Positions 14,266 through 28,246 of a stretch of 64,000 bases of DNA are shown here, piece by piece. The stretch covers positions 6,262,001 through 6,326,000 of the forward strand of contig CM022667.1 in the NCBI GenBank assembly GCA_012295275.1, given 5' to 3'. The first letter of the stretch is position 1. Every line of letters begins with the position of its first letter. Below the pieces are notes generated by a model, which did not search any database, was not told where the DNA came from, and worked only from the letters and a program-made list of their open reading frames with translations. The translations under genes and the position numbers were made by a program. The DNA comes from Chrysomallon squamiferum (Eukaryota; Animalia; Mollusca).

Positions 14266-15356
14266 GTTAGTTTTTACACTGGCATGGATGTCGTTGTTTC
14301 AGTGTTTGTGTAAATAATTAATTTCACTATTATTAGGAAATCTTGCAGTTTAGGTCACTCACCAGAAAACTGTGAGACAGGTTACCGTTATACATACTAA
14401 CTTAGTAATGTACTGAATATTTTGCCGCAATTGTTAGTATTGCGAACGTATTTCTGATAATAAAATCTACACACAAATACAAATGTTTGTCTGACTTAAA
14501 AGTTAATGTTTATACATAAGAATTATGATTCGATGTCGCTTTACCACTGCAAATGGCACTGATATGTGATAATGTTATAAACTTACACTGACTGGTAAAT
14601 TTTCAGTTTAGATCTGCCACATCTTAAGAAATAATTTTCTAAGTATTATTTATTTTTTAATTATTATTAATATTTTTAACTGCTAGAAAGTAACTGAAAA
14701 AAAAGTAACAATAAAAAATAAAATAATAAAATAAGGAAAAGAGAATAGCTGAAGAATGAAAATAAAAATGTTATGCTGTATGTACCTTAGCCACTTTATA
14801 TTACAGCACTGTATTTTATCTATGAACACAACATTATATTTGGTTGTTGAACATTTAACTGTGTTTTCATATTAGTTCTCATTATCCTGAAATGTTGTTA
14901 TTGAGTCAGTGCATTCCACATCAAACAAAATTTAAATAATTAAATAATTATCATCTTAATCTTTGAATTTGACAGCTTCTAACTGGTGATCTATAAACAG
15001 TATTGTGGAGGTACATAAATAATGCTTAGACATTTTAATGTGTGTTCAGTTTGAAATTCCAGTATTTACCTGATCTTGTGATCTGTTATTTATCTGTTTC
15101 TGTACTTTTGTGTAACTCTTGTTTATTTATAATGTTTTGATCAATAAGTAATATCTAAGAAATATACTTTAGAAGCACAAAAATTAAAATTAATCAATTT
15201 ACAAAAACAATAAAAAAAACAAAAACCAACCAAAAAAAATACAAAGACAGAAAAACAACTCTCCATAATAAAAGTTTAATGCATCAGAAATATAATTTTT
15301 TTATTTATTTACCTTTTTTGATTATTCATTTATTTTTTTTGTTTCGTGTCTTGTAG

Positions 15357-15699
15357 GTTTTTCATTGAAGTTGTCTGGCTCACCAAATCCTCCTTCTTAC
15401 ACTGACCTGTAACGTGACAGATGCTGCTGGGCTTGATGATTTTGTACTGTTCTTCAGGCAACCATCCATAGCTCCCATTATTTCAGTAGAACAATCTCAT
15501 GCAAGCAGATGTTTTGTGCTCGGTGATCCACTGCCAGGTTTTGTTCTAAGTTGTGGAAGTGGAACAAAGGAAACAACATCAGAAAGTAAAACTTACAATC
15601 TGAAGATAAATAATGTTAAAGATAAACATCTTACTAACTGGTGGTGCTCACTGGCAAAAAATAAGACACAAAGCAACAAACACAGAGTAACATTTCAAA
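15357..15699 (+). pseudogene. Gene B V-like Ig exon with 2-nt frameshift
   Basis: ttgtag|GT...A|gtaagt is 343 nt; GFSLKLSGSPNPPSY then TAA at 15410-15412; TLTCNVTDAAGLDDF...WWC continues in another frame (tacactg versus expected tacacactg). Confidence 0.8.
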
Positions 15700-17857
15700 G
15701 TAAGTTGATATAAATACATTTTTATTATTAAAATATGTTATTGTCATTATCTAAGTAAGATAGATAATCTACATATCCAAGTATATGAAATTAAGGTTTA
15801 AATATTTATAAGTAAACTGAGAAAAATAAAATGAGAGATTAATTAATATGACAAAATTCTTTAATTTGTGTGAATGATACAGCAGGTTGATGTTCCAAAA
15901 CTAGGCATTACTGGGAACACCATCAACTGTTCACAGAATGCATGCACCGATATTGCTGAGTCTACTGATATCTACCTCAGATGCCAGAATCCAAACCTGG
16001 AATTAACATGAAATGTTGGCAGTTGTGCAATGTGACTATAGAAATAGAAGAATATATTTGTCATTTTATTTGTAGTTTTCCTAACAACCTGATACAAACA
16101 AAAATTGATATAAAGATAGTAAAGCCTGTATTTTGTGGCATTAACATTGCATAAATAGTTTTAAAAATACAGTCTGTATAGTGTAAAGCTCATGTCAGTT
16201 ATTTTTCCATTAAAAAAGGGGGTCTTAACTTTTTCTTTCAGAATAATTTTATTAATACTAAATTGCAACATTTTGAAATGCACAGGTTTGTAAATTCATA
16301 TAATAAATAACTGATTTGAAGATTTTGTTGCATAAACAGTTATTACATTTTGCTGATATTTTCCTTTTCTTCATAGATATTTATATATATATATATTTCA
16401 AATCTGGAGAAAGAATAAGATTTTACCACCTTCATGTTTTTAATTAAAATATTTAATGATGTATTTCAGTTTTCAAATAGACACAGGTTTCAAGTTGTGT
16501 GGATGAAATAATCATCTTTTATGCTGAACGTTGCCTTACTTTTAAGACATGGCAAAGTCTTTAGTAGGTTTCATTCTCCATGATTCTCATTGGAATTTCT
16601 TAATGGCAGTAAATACAGATATTTTCCTTAAGAAATTTGGTTAATTGATACATGCTATGTGTCTGCTATGGAGAACTATAGAGATAGCATCCTATGATCA
16701 GCTGGTCATATTGAAGTACATCACATGACCTACCCAATGACTAGCTGTTAAAATGCATTATGTTATTCAGTTCTACTGTTGTAATTAGAGGCTGACAATA
16801 AACAATTCTTTTAAACTTATAGTGTTATACACAATTAAATTAATTGATATTGAGATAATAAATGACTACCTAATTACATGTACAGTATAGAATACAATAT
16901 ATAATCCTCTGTAGTGGTCCAAGACTTCACACAGTATGGCTGAAAAGTTACTGGCAGCAAACATCATAATAAACTTTTGTTAAATAACTATTACAGTTAT
17001 GGCTTGAGTCACTGTAAAATATTGTGTTAAAGATGTTGCATATTTGTATATGTTTGGTTTTATGTTCTTCACAAAACCTCATGTCTCTAGAGGAAGAAGT
17101 CACTTCTTAATTTTTAGTTTGGTTTGAATTCTGCTGCCAATAATATATGCATATATATATATATATATAAATTTCTTTTTAAATCGTATATGACTATCTT
17201 TGACCTGTAGCATTATTTTATTTTATTTTATTAATATTTATGATTATTACTACACCCCAAATGTAATGCTTATTCACTAAAAAATTAATTTTGTGATACT
17301 GTTATGAAATCTGCTTCTCCTATTCCTTTCCATCAATAATTATTGTGGATTAATGATAATAATTTAATAACAAAAATTCCATTACTTAATCTATGATGAA
17401 AAACAAAAAAAAAATTAAAATAAAAAATAAAAACATGTAAAAGTTGTTAGTTGTTGCTTGTGAGATATTTATAATTACTATTTTCACAAAATATTTTTAG
17501 GATGAGAAAACAAAATTATTTATTTTCATATGCACATTACTATTTTGAAATTAATTTCAACTGATAAAATAGAACAAAAAAAATAGTGTTTTAATTTTTA
17601 GTAATTCATTTCATTTCATTTCTTTATGTGCTGTGACTGTTATGATAAATTAAGCTCAGTCCTGATGCTGAGACTATATTTCAGATGGTGCATGATTTTA
17701 AAATTAAGGTAGTAGCTAACAGGCATGAAGTTAGCATTCATTCCTAATTTGTAGGGATTTTATCTTAGTATATTCTTGTGTATGTATACCATTCTTGGTA
17801 TGAGATTTAATACTTTTATCATTATTTTTCTTCGTCTTGTTTTAATAAACAATATAG

Positions 17858-17881
17858 GTACAAATGCAACAACTAAATCTG
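17858..17881 (+). CDS. Gene B 24-nt stalk micro-exon TNATTKS
   Basis: tatag|GTACAAATGCAACAACTAAATCTG|gtatgc, phase 1-1. Confidence 0.65.
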
Positions 17882-18155
17882 GTATGCCATTTCTTTATGA
17901 ATATCACATCATTTCACAACAATGAGAACAAATTTAAATTATTATTTTTTGATTAAATTTCATTTATTATTAAAATGATTAGAAACAACAAACGTAAATA
18001 CTTTTACTTCTTTCATGTACAGTAAATAAATTAGGACCATTTATTGATTACAAATTCATTTCTTAATGCTGTTATGAAATGTTTTGTATAAACTCAGTGC
18101 TTCTGCTTTTCCAGGTTTTCTATTACTCTCAGTGTTCATTTTGTTAATTATTATT

Positions 18156-18210
<55 letters not shown>

Positions 18211-18965
18211 TGTATCAGAAGTTCATTTTCTTCATGTGAATAAAAAGAGAACTGAGAAAAGTAATAATATTCATTTTGATTGGTATTTTTTAAATATTAT
18301 AATGTATTTTTCAGAAATACTATATTCTTCTAAACTGACAGCTCTAAATTATGATATTAATATTCCAATGTAAAATTAAATTCATCAGAACAGACAAACA
18401 TTATAGAATATTTCTTTTAATTGTTAGTAAAACATTTCACATACCATGGTATCTGAATGTAATTTAACTAGCACTGAGAATATATTTCATTTGTTAAATT
18501 TGACAAGTAAAAAGTTTATTTAATACATTACTTCAAACCTTTCTGGAATATATCACCATAATCAGCACCCATACCTATTAAATTCAAAAGATGCTTTTTA
18601 AAATCCATCAAATAAATATATCAGTATTCTATAAAATATATTTCTCACATTTCAGATCAAACTGTATTATGTTAAACCTCTGAAGTATAATGAAGAGGTT
18701 TGAACATTTTAAATATATAGAAAGTATTAGAGATATTTATCGTTATTTAAATTGGGCTTTGTTTTTCTTTCTAGAATTTTTTATTTTTAGTATTGTTTAT
18801 TTTTTTTCTGAATTAGACAAGTATATGCAGAAACAAATACACATAAACACACATTATTCACATTTTTTCAGAGTATTATTTTTTTATATAACTACACCAT
18901 AATATAAGGATCAAAATAAAAATAAAATTATTATTTCATTAAATTTTCTTTTTCCAATCTCATAG

Positions 18966-18989
18966 GTCTAATTACAATAACAAAATCAG
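18966..18989 (+). CDS. Gene B 24-nt stalk micro-exon (G)LITITKS
   Basis: catag|GTCTAATTACAATAACAAAATCAG|gtatat, phase 1-1. Confidence 0.6.
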
Positions 18990-19984
18990 GTATATTTGTA
19001 GTCAGCTGCTGTCTTGTTAACAGTTTAGTCAACAGTCACAGTTGTCTCAAATATTCATACACTGAAAAGATAGATCAGGGAAAGTAAATAAAGTTGGCTC
19101 TTTATTATCATTCAGCATGGCGTTTAGTATTTGCATTTCAAATATGATTCATTAATATTTACAAGACATTTAAACCACAATTATATGTGAACAACTTTTC
19201 CAATAAACACAGTACCATCTGGCAAGTGTTTCTCCACAGCCCTGACACACACACATATTAAATTCATATTTATGGTTGTTTCTGTGTTGTCAGTAAATAA
19301 AGATTAGTGATCACAAATTCATTTATAACACTGTTATGAAATGATCTGTAGTAATTGAATACATCTGCTTTTCCAGTTTACTTCATATTTTCTGTTATTC
19401 TCTATAGACCATTTGCTTATCAGTTTAGTTTTGTAACTGAAACAGTAAAAAATAATAGAAATTCCTTTTCATAATTTAAGCCAAATAAAAACACAATTGA
19501 TGAAAACAATTTTTTTTTTATTGTCAGAATGCTATAATTTACTTTCCAGAAATACAGTTTTCTGATATATATAAACCAACATTATGACATTAATAATAAT
19601 TGTTTTTTTCTTTATGAAACTTTTCCTTTATCAACTTAATCATCAACATTCCCTATTAAATTCAACATTTGCTTTCTAAAATTCACTGAATAAAATTTTA
19701 GTACACTTTTTCAGATCTGTGCCATCACAGGGAACATAGGAAGTACTTTCATTAAGTTATTGACTGAAAGCAGTGACTTCTTTGTAAACAGATACTGATT
19801 TCTAGAAATGTTTAACTTCCATCATAGATAACAGAGATATTTTATGAAATTAATAGACACAGCTGTATTTAAAATAGAATAGGTCATATTTATAATGATT
19901 TTACAACATTTCTACCTTTTCAACAGTCATTTTTTATATATGATTTTACAGATTTATAAACATTGTTTTTATTCTTTATTATTA

Positions 19985-20024
<40 letters not shown>

Positions 20025-21157
20025 TATTTTATTTTATTTATTATTATTATTATTTTTTATTTGATTATTATTTTTTTAAATTTCAGAAACGTAAATATCA
20101 TAAATAATCTTAATGGGTACACTTCAAGTAATGAATTTATATTAAAATAAATTGACCATGCAGAAAATATCTTGTATTGTTATAATTTGGATAGACTTTT
20201 GTTCTCATAAACTTATTTCTTAATTTATTTATCACACATCTTCCCTGCAATTTCTTCTTTATCAAGATATTTGCTGGTGCTGTCATCAATACAAATAACT
20301 AACTTGTCCTGTGCTAACTTTACCATAGCATCTCAGTTATATTACTACTTCATTTTAGTGATATGATATTTTAACAAAAAATATTAAAATCTCAGCCTTC
20401 AAGGTTTTTTCTTCTGTTTTTGATTCATCAACAGCTAAGAGGCCTATTAATTTATATATATATATATATATATATTTATTTATTGTTATTGTTCTTGTAT
20501 TATTTTTATTTTTATTATTATTATTATTTTTTTTTTTGGAACCAGGAAATGAAATCTAATATCTCATCAACAATGAATAATTCAGTAATACATTTTAAGA
20601 TACTAACATTACCATGAATGTGAAAACATTTGAAAGTCTAACTATAAACTTAATGTTTCAAATTCCAACAGATTTAAATTAAGTTTCTATAAATATGTTC
20701 AAGAGTTTAAAAAATACTTTCCTTAATGTAATTATTGAAGTGTAAATTTTCTCTGGGGAAAAACATATACTTGACTGATGATTCATTAGTAAGATCAACT
20801 AAGAGGTGTATTATATATATATTACTACTACTACAACTACTATTATTATTTATTTATTTATTTATCCCAGTGAAATTTTACACGTCAAGTTGTATAAATA
20901 TGATTAATTTTAAACACCAACATTCAAATTTTATTGTTGAAAAATAATCTGACTGATTAATGAAAATGTTCCTAATAAAACACTTTAAAACACAGCTTAT
21001 ATGAACACACATATAATGTCATATATCCCCAGCCTTGTAAAATGCCAGTTGCTTTTAGAGGGAAACATAACCTTTGTAAACTTGTGTAAGACTGCACCAG
21101 AGACAGTAACAGGATGTAAAGCTATTTCAACAATGGGTCATTCACCCAATGGGTTAA

Positions 21158-21746
21158 ACCCGACCGTCTCATATTTTGTATATTCGTTGGTATACTCGTT
21201 GTTTGGGATGCCACAGCAAAATTTTAGGCCAATCGGACCAGTGGTTTGGGAGATATAGCCCCTTGAATGTTGAGATTTTCGGCCAAAATGGGCGTGACCA
21301 CCAAACTTTGCACTCATATCTCAGGAACTACAGGTCCAATCTTCATAAAATTGGTATTTTTGAATTACAATGTACATTTTCTACATGTATGCACGTCTGA
21401 GACAAAAAACTCATCTTTGGAGTCAAAATCCACCTGACATATCTGAAGGAATGCCTGAAGGATATGAAAATATCCAAAATTTCATCAGATGTTCTACACA
21501 GTCGGGTGAAATCCCCACTGTGGCTTCAGGCATGGCAGGATTTGAAAGTTTCTACTGAAATCCCCATTCACTACTGTGTTTATTACTACTCTGTCTATTC
21601 CCACTACCTTTTGTTCCTAACTGTTTCTACTGACACTACATCTTCTTCTACTGACACTATTATGAGTGATGCTGGTACTAGTAGTTACTTCTAGTACTGC
21701 TATTACTATTATAACACCCACTAGGCTCCTGTTATTACCTTCACCT

Positions 21747-21789
<43 letters not shown>

Positions 21790-23515
21790 CACCACCACTG
21801 ATATTACTTCTACCACCACCAGTACTTCTACCATTACTACTGTTACTAATGCTTCTATTACAACTTTTATTATTAGAACAACTACTACTCTCACCATCAT
21901 CGCCACTACTGTTACTTTTATTATCACAGATACTGTTACCACCTCTACTACTACTAGCATCACATTATATCAACAACTACTACAATAGCTATTTCTTATT
22001 TTGCCACCTCTACTGACACTAGCAATATAATTAATCCTACCACTTCTTCTAGTACTACTAATTACACCAACACTCCCTCTACATTATATTATATCTACTG
22101 CTACTTATTGCCACTACTACTACTACTACTACATCTATGACACTACTTCCGCGATTACTGCTACTACTTGTACCATTAATATTGCTTTAATTATCATTAG
22201 GATTATTATTATCATTGTTGTTGTTATCATTATCATGATCATTATTATTATTATTACTGGCAGTAGTAGTAATGATACTAGTACTAGTATACAAATACTT
22301 TATGGGTATTCCAGCACTGATACTTCTACAACTGCAACTTCGACTATTATTACTTCAACTAGTATTATGTCGAATATAAGAATAGTGATACATTTACTAG
22401 TACTATGACCACTATATTTTAAAGTAATACAGTGATTATTCCTGAGATAAAGCTAGTCTGAAGATGAATTCAGTTCACTGCGCTATTTTGTGACACTGAT
22501 GGCAGTGCTGGACCAAATACAAATAAAAACAGTTTTGTTAACCTGTGCCATCATGAAGAAGACTTTCGGTTGGAAGCTGAATGGAACTTTTATGTGACAA
22601 GCCACAGCAAAAATGCCTGGGATGGAATTGGGTGGATGGTGAAGATGTTGCCGACAAAGGCCAGTTTCCAGTGTCCCTACACAGACCAAATCCTGACCAG
22701 TGAGGCAGTTATCATGGACTTCTGCATCAAAAATATTCTAGAAGCTCAGCCTGCAGAGGTATCAGAACTTATTGTCAACATCTGAGGATGACTGACAGAA
22801 CACAAAGGAACCAACAAAACATGAGTTTGGAACTAAATGGGATGTTTGAGCTAGTTGAGGGCCAAAATGGTCAAGGAAACACAGCAATTTCACCAGTTAG
22901 TGAAGGGGATATCTTCTGGCCAATCATTGATACACTTGTTTTCTATTGAAGGGGACATCTTTTCTCGATGGATGGATAATATTCTCTGAGTAAAAGGGAT
23001 TATGCTAAAAAGGATGATGGTTGCAAGACTATGGGGAAGTGGGTGACCGAATGATTCTTTGACTGCTGAACTGGTGAAAAGGCAATGAGGGAAGTAGTTT
23101 GATATCATATTATCGTAGCATGTAGGCCTACAATGTATTACCTGGTGATCAAGAGAAATTGTGATTCCTAGCATCAGGAATTGGTCAAGGTTTTAGCTAA
23201 TCAGACGTTAATGGCAGAAAAGGTGTTATTTTCATGGACATTCAATCTTTGAATGTGTTTTGGTGCTAAACAAAAAGAGTTACACCTTTGAAACTGTTAT
23301 ATGTTTTAGTTAACATGTGGGAGGTTAAATTTCAAGAAAAGTCATTTCAACGTCACGTGATCCACATGGTCAGTGTACTCCAATCTTCGTGAAACTGAAC
23401 AATAATGACAGATTTGGAATCCTTGTCATATTGCCTTTTGAACAATACCAAATTTATGAAGATTGGCTCAGTAGATCCACACATATGAGGGTTTAAAAAT
23501 CTTATACAGGAGGGT
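21158..23515 (+). mobile_element. Degenerate TIR DNA transposon with transposase fragment (Sola-like, tentative)
   Basis: TTAA-ACCC...GGGT-TTAA ends with imperfect TIRs; 22495-22785 encodes TDGSAG..NKNSFVNLCHHEEDFRLEAEWNFYVTSHSKNAWDGIG, a decayed SDG..QYKN...SHGK..CDGIGG motif. Confidence 0.65.
21560..22410. repeat. Degenerate (ACT/ACC/ATT)n low-complexity tract
   Basis: Seen directly; lies inside the transposon. Confidence 0.85.
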
Positions 23516-24209
23516 TTAAAAAGCAAATGTGACACAGAATGACCCCAATGTATCTCAATGCCAGTCTCACAGCAGATTAAGTTCTTTGAGATCTCTTCTC
23601 TCCATGTAAAACAGAAAGCCTTGGATGTAGTATATATTTATTTATACATCCAAAATATATATTGAGCTGAAGTTCACCACATATTATTTGTCTTAATTGC
23701 GATTTCATCATGAAACGAGATTACTACAAAGCAGGTTATTTGTCAGTAATTCCTTCAGCTCTACATTCACTACGTTATTTGGCACGAGAAGCAACAAGCT
23801 CTGTCTTACATGTAACGAGCTCTTTCACCTGTCATAGTGATCTGTGCTTTACGTAATAAATTAACTCAGTTTTGTGTGTTATAACGAACTTTGCTATATG
23901 TCATAATGATCTCTGCTTTACGAGTTGGCAAGCTCTGTTTTACGTCTTTTTACTACTTTTCACATTATTTCCATACACATTCATATACAAGCCTACACTG
24001 CATGCTGTAATAGTCACTCCGTTATCTGTAAAACTTTCAAGGTTATATTTTATAAGTAAAAGAAAAAGTAAACAAAAAGAAGCACAATTAATCAAAGCAT
24101 TCAGGTGATAAGTGTAGGGTTATGGTATTAAAATAAATAAATAAATAAATAATCCTATGCATTAAAGGTATATTTAAATGAGATTATTCCTGTACTCTGT
24201 TTTTTACAG

Positions 24210-24273
24210 GTCACATATCACTTGCCACCTGCACAAGACCTATACTATGGACAATTACTGTGTGCATTATTTG
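24210..24273 (+). CDS. Gene B hydrophobic exon (G)HISLATCTRPILWTITVCII
   Basis: ttacag|GT...TG|gtgagt; the following terminal exon is missing in B. Confidence 0.7.
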
Positions 24274-24277
24274 GTGA

Positions 24278-24386
<109 letters not shown>

Positions 24387-24814
24387 GTATATTATTCTCT
24401 GTCTGAAGGTTCTGCTGGAATTTTAATCATTTCTTGTCTCTTCTTCTTTCAAAATTTCTCTCTCTCTCTCTCTCTCTCTCTGTCTTCTCTCTCTTTTCTC
24501 TCGTGTGAAGGTTAAGTATAAATTTTAATTTTAATTTTAATTTTTCTTTATTTTTTATGTTTATATATCTTTTTTATATGTAAATTGTTCCTCCCACACA
24601 ACTTGCTCATGTTTCACGCCTGTTTCACTTTCCGGCTCGTTTTAGAGTTTCTCTTTCAGTAACAGCGCACTTTATTAGAAATGCGATGTTCAATACGTTC
24701 ATTTACTTTATTTACTATCTCATTTGGTTTTGATATATTAGTTATGATTGTTGTTAAGCTTTATAATTTACACTCAATGAATACTAGCTTGTTTTCAAGT
24801 AAATCCTAAAAGTG

Positions 24815-24820
24815 AATAAA
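24815..24820 (+). terminator. Poly(A) signal, gene B
   Basis: AATAAA followed ~25 nt later by GT-rich tttgtgttgtgttgtctgttgg. Confidence 0.5.
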
Positions 24821-25405
24821 TAAAATATTGCTATGTTAAAAATTTGTGTTGTGTTGTCTGTTGGAATGGTTACGTAGGAAATGTCTGCTCGTCAAAAGTG
24901 TTTGAGTAACCAATATATATTTTTGTTTTCTTTTGTTTTAAGAATTGTTTACATTTTTGTCCTGTTTGGTTAGTAAATTTCATATTCCAAAATATTTCTA
25001 TTCATTACTTATTAGCTTATAGAGTTGTTCTTATTATTCACCGGTTTTCTTATTTAAAGCTTGGGCTAATATAATTGTATCTATATTAGATTACATGTTA
25101 TAGTTTGTTCGTGAAAAAGTTTTGTCATTACATACAAATCTAGTTATAATTATCTAACCATAAAATGCTATACATTTCAAATGTTGATATTTTGGGTATT
25201 GGATTATTTCATTTTCTTCATTATTTACTTCATTACGCATTTATTTTTTTATGATATTATATATTATATATATATATGAGTTTGTGTGTGTGTGTGTGTG
25301 TGTGTGTTTCTGAGTGTGTTTTAATAGTTTCTGAGGGTTATCGTTTTCTGTACTGGCCGGGTTGTGTTGTTTTTTCCTTTGATTCAATGTTTTTGTTTAC
25401 TTCAG

Positions 25406-25502
25406 GACGTAGATGATATTTATTCAATTGTGGATAAATCTGAGAAACTTGGAGCGGATAAAAAATATAAGTTAAAACATAAAGAGAAGACAAAGAAAAC
25501 TG
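25406..25502 (+). CDS. B-linked cytoplasmic-type exon DVDDIYSIVDKSEKLGADKKYKLKHKEKTKKT(G)
   Basis: ttcag|GAC...CTG|gtttgt, 97 nt, open. Confidence 0.6.
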
Positions 25503-25621
25503 GTTTGTATGACACAGATTTCTAAAATTATATTGCAACAGTTTTATTTATATCAAATATGTAGAGAAGAAAGAGAAAAAGTTATTTGGTTTTACATTTC
25601 TAATTTTAATTAAAGTTTTAG

Positions 25622-25638
25622 GCAAATGTAACAAACAG
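25622..25638 (+). CDS. B-linked 17-nt micro-exon (G)KCNKQ
   Basis: tttag|GC...CAG|gtgtat bridges phase 1 to phase 0; synonymous AAA/AAG difference versus the C copy. Confidence 0.5.
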
Positions 25639-25888
25639 GTGTATATCTGCAGTATGTTTATAATTTTATTTTGATGTTATTTGTTAAGAAAACCTCTTTG
25701 ATATCACACTAAATATAAAATAATTCTAAAGTTAAATTGCACAACTGAAGATAAATAAAAATAATGTCTAACAAACAATTAATTTATATATATGTTTATT
25801 TGTGTGTATATCTGTGTGTGGGGGTGGGGCGGGGGTGTTTGTGTGAATATATATGTACATGTATATTTGTTATTTTTAAGGTTTACAG

Positions 25889-26059
25889 CCAGCAACGACT
25901 AAAAAAAGAAATGAATGTCAGCTGATTTAGACTTACGTTGAGTTTAGAAAGGAGAAAATGTCACAGCCCATCTACAAAAAAGAAAAACTGACAGTGTACA
26001 TTCAGATTGACTTCTCAAAGAAAGTCCCACAGTTGTCTGATGTCAATCAAGAAAGGTGA
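25889..26059 (+). pseudogene. B-linked ITIM/ITSM tail exon with nonsense codon
   Basis: Paralogue of 41777-41947; TAC>TAG at 25928-25930 removes the ITIM tyrosine and everything after it. Confidence 0.7.
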
Positions 26060-27823
26060 AACTGAAATGTCAAAGTGGAAAATGAATTTATAATGTAGGA
26101 AAAATAATAAATAACAATTTAAAACTGAAATAAGATAATTGAAGTCAAAAGAAAACAAAAATGGTCTGATGCTCTTTAGACACAAACTGCAAAGCAATTA
26201 AAATACAAACAAAAATGTACTGAATTTGAAGTTGAGAAATAAAGAATGGCGAAATAATCCAAACAAAATAAGCTTTGTGAAAGCTAGAGAAAGCAGTACA
26301 AAATATAGATTAATATTTATAGACTTATTTCACTTTAGTTTTGTTGTTACATGATCATGAAGTATTTTATGAAAGGAAATCTCAAAATATTGGCTTTACA
26401 GTGTTAGCAGTATCAGTATGTAATACTTTTATTATTTTTGCTATTTTTATTTATTTTGTTTATAATTTTCGTAAAGTTTATAAATTATTTCCTGGGTAAG
26501 ACAGATACTGTTTCTTTTATTCCTATTTTGTAAAGGGAATAGGAAAGTTAATCTGGAATCGTAATGATAACATTTCCCATTTGAAAGTAGTAAAATAACA
26601 GTGTTCAAATTTTTTGTACTATAAAAAAACTATATTATTTTAGTATAGTCCATGTGTGAAAGGAAAAAAAGCTTGTTCATAAATCGTTATTTCTGACATA
26701 GGAAATAATTTGTTCTGTAATTGAGGTAAATGTGTTTGTATGTATGTGTATGGATATTTAGCCATTTAGAAACTTCATCTTATGACAGTGACATGCGTTT
26801 TTTTTTTTCATGCCGTTATCATGGGAAAACATTACCAGTAGCTGTCTTAATAGAAAGGTTCCCTATGCTGCTCCTTTTCTCTCTGAATTTGTGTCAGTAT
26901 TTTGAAAAATACCCAAATATTTCAATACAAATCTAAGCTGAGCACCTAATATAGATTATCTTGTAGATATAATTACTTTTCACAGAATGTGCGTTTGAAA
27001 TTTTCTGGATTTAATAATTTACTGTTTGCTACAGGAAGAAATTAGTGTTATTTTATCAATTTCAAATTAACTGTTACTCTTCTGAAAGTCACAAAGGCCT
27101 AATTACTTAATATATCAAGATAAATGTTGATAGGCATCTTTGTTTATCTCTTGAGTAAAATAACCTTTAAGGCAAATTCATGGAAGTAGATTTACATTAT
27201 TTTCTGCTGATATATGTGACAGGAAATTGCCTTCCTATGAGTTTTACACATTGTTGTCTCTAAAGCTAATAAATTAGTATTGATATATTGTTGCATGTAT
27301 TTGAAAGTTTGCATATTTTTTGTTTTATTTGGAGGAATTTTTTTCCCTTTGATTATTTAACTTAATAAGAGAAACTGATAACAGAGCCCTTAAATTAGAA
27401 ACCCTAATTCAGTAATACAAATATTACATAACTATAAATAATTACATCTAGTCCCTCTCGTTTGTTGTATTTTATGTTGAAAAAATGATGTGATCATTAA
27501 CTGATTTGCTGATATCACCGATTTCAACACAAAGATTATATCAGTTGTTCGGTTTCATGGTCATTGAAGGAAAACGCTATGAACGAATGATACATAATTT
27601 ACATAACTAAAATAAATAAACTTTTGACGAAACAAATACTAAAGAAGAACAATTGTTTTCTTTCTGAAATACATAAATATAATAAATAAGTAGAAAGGAT
27701 ATTGGCCATGGACAGGCATTTTTAGTATCGTTTGAGTCTTTGACATTTGTACTGACACTGTTTTACAGTGTATTATACACAAATAATGAATGTAAAAATT
27801 AAAGAAATACTTATCGATTCATT

Positions 27824-28134
27824 TTCCCGGAATCAGGACACAATGCAGGAAGTAAATTATCAATGAGCAAGAATCGGGACCATTCATAACGAATAACAGC
27901 TAACTGGACTGAGATTATTAAAAGTTTTCTAAACCCGTTTTGTAAGACAGTAAAGCAATAGGTGTAAAAATAAATAAATGTTTTTGAAATGGAGTTTATG
28001 TCATAGATTATAATAATCAATTATATACTGCTGGTGAAAAATGTATCACTTTCTTAATCTAAATTATTGTGAAACTGTTTTTGTTTTGTGTGTTTTGTTG
28101 ATATTTTTTCAACTCAGCGTCACCTAAACCAGTT
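27824..28134 (+). promoter_or_regulatory. Gene C proximal promoter
   Basis: TTCCCGGAA 27824-27832 (GAS consensus), CAGGAAGTAAA 27846-27856, CCTAAACCAGTT 28123-28134. Confidence 0.5.
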
Positions 28135-28182
28135 TACTTGAAAGGACTCGCCCAAATAAGACTCATTTGTGTAAGCAGGAAA

Positions 28183-28246
28183 ATGGCGTCTGAATTGAGG
28201 TGTTTGTTTCTGTGGGTATTTCTTCTACATATTGATATTTGCTTAG
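28183..28246 (+). CDS. Gene C signal-peptide exon MASELRCLFLWVFLLHIDICL(G)
   Basis: aaaATGG, 64 nt, TTAG|gtcagt donor. Confidence 0.88.

Noticed and set aside
21725-21988. Open Thr-rich frame (APVITFTSTTTT...) as a possible mucin exon of B
   Set aside because: Lies within a transposon, wrong phase, no donor before the stop, absent from paralogues
24642-24740. Candidate bridging exons between the hydrophobic exon and the Tyr exon (ttttag|AGTTTCTCTTTCA|gtaac and ctttcag acceptor)
   Set aside because: Create TGA at the junction or stop soon after; more consistent with 3'UTR
27811-28020. Duplicated minus-strand 69-aa ORF (also 47013-47222)
   Set aside because: Antisense to the promoter; conservation is explained by recent duplication
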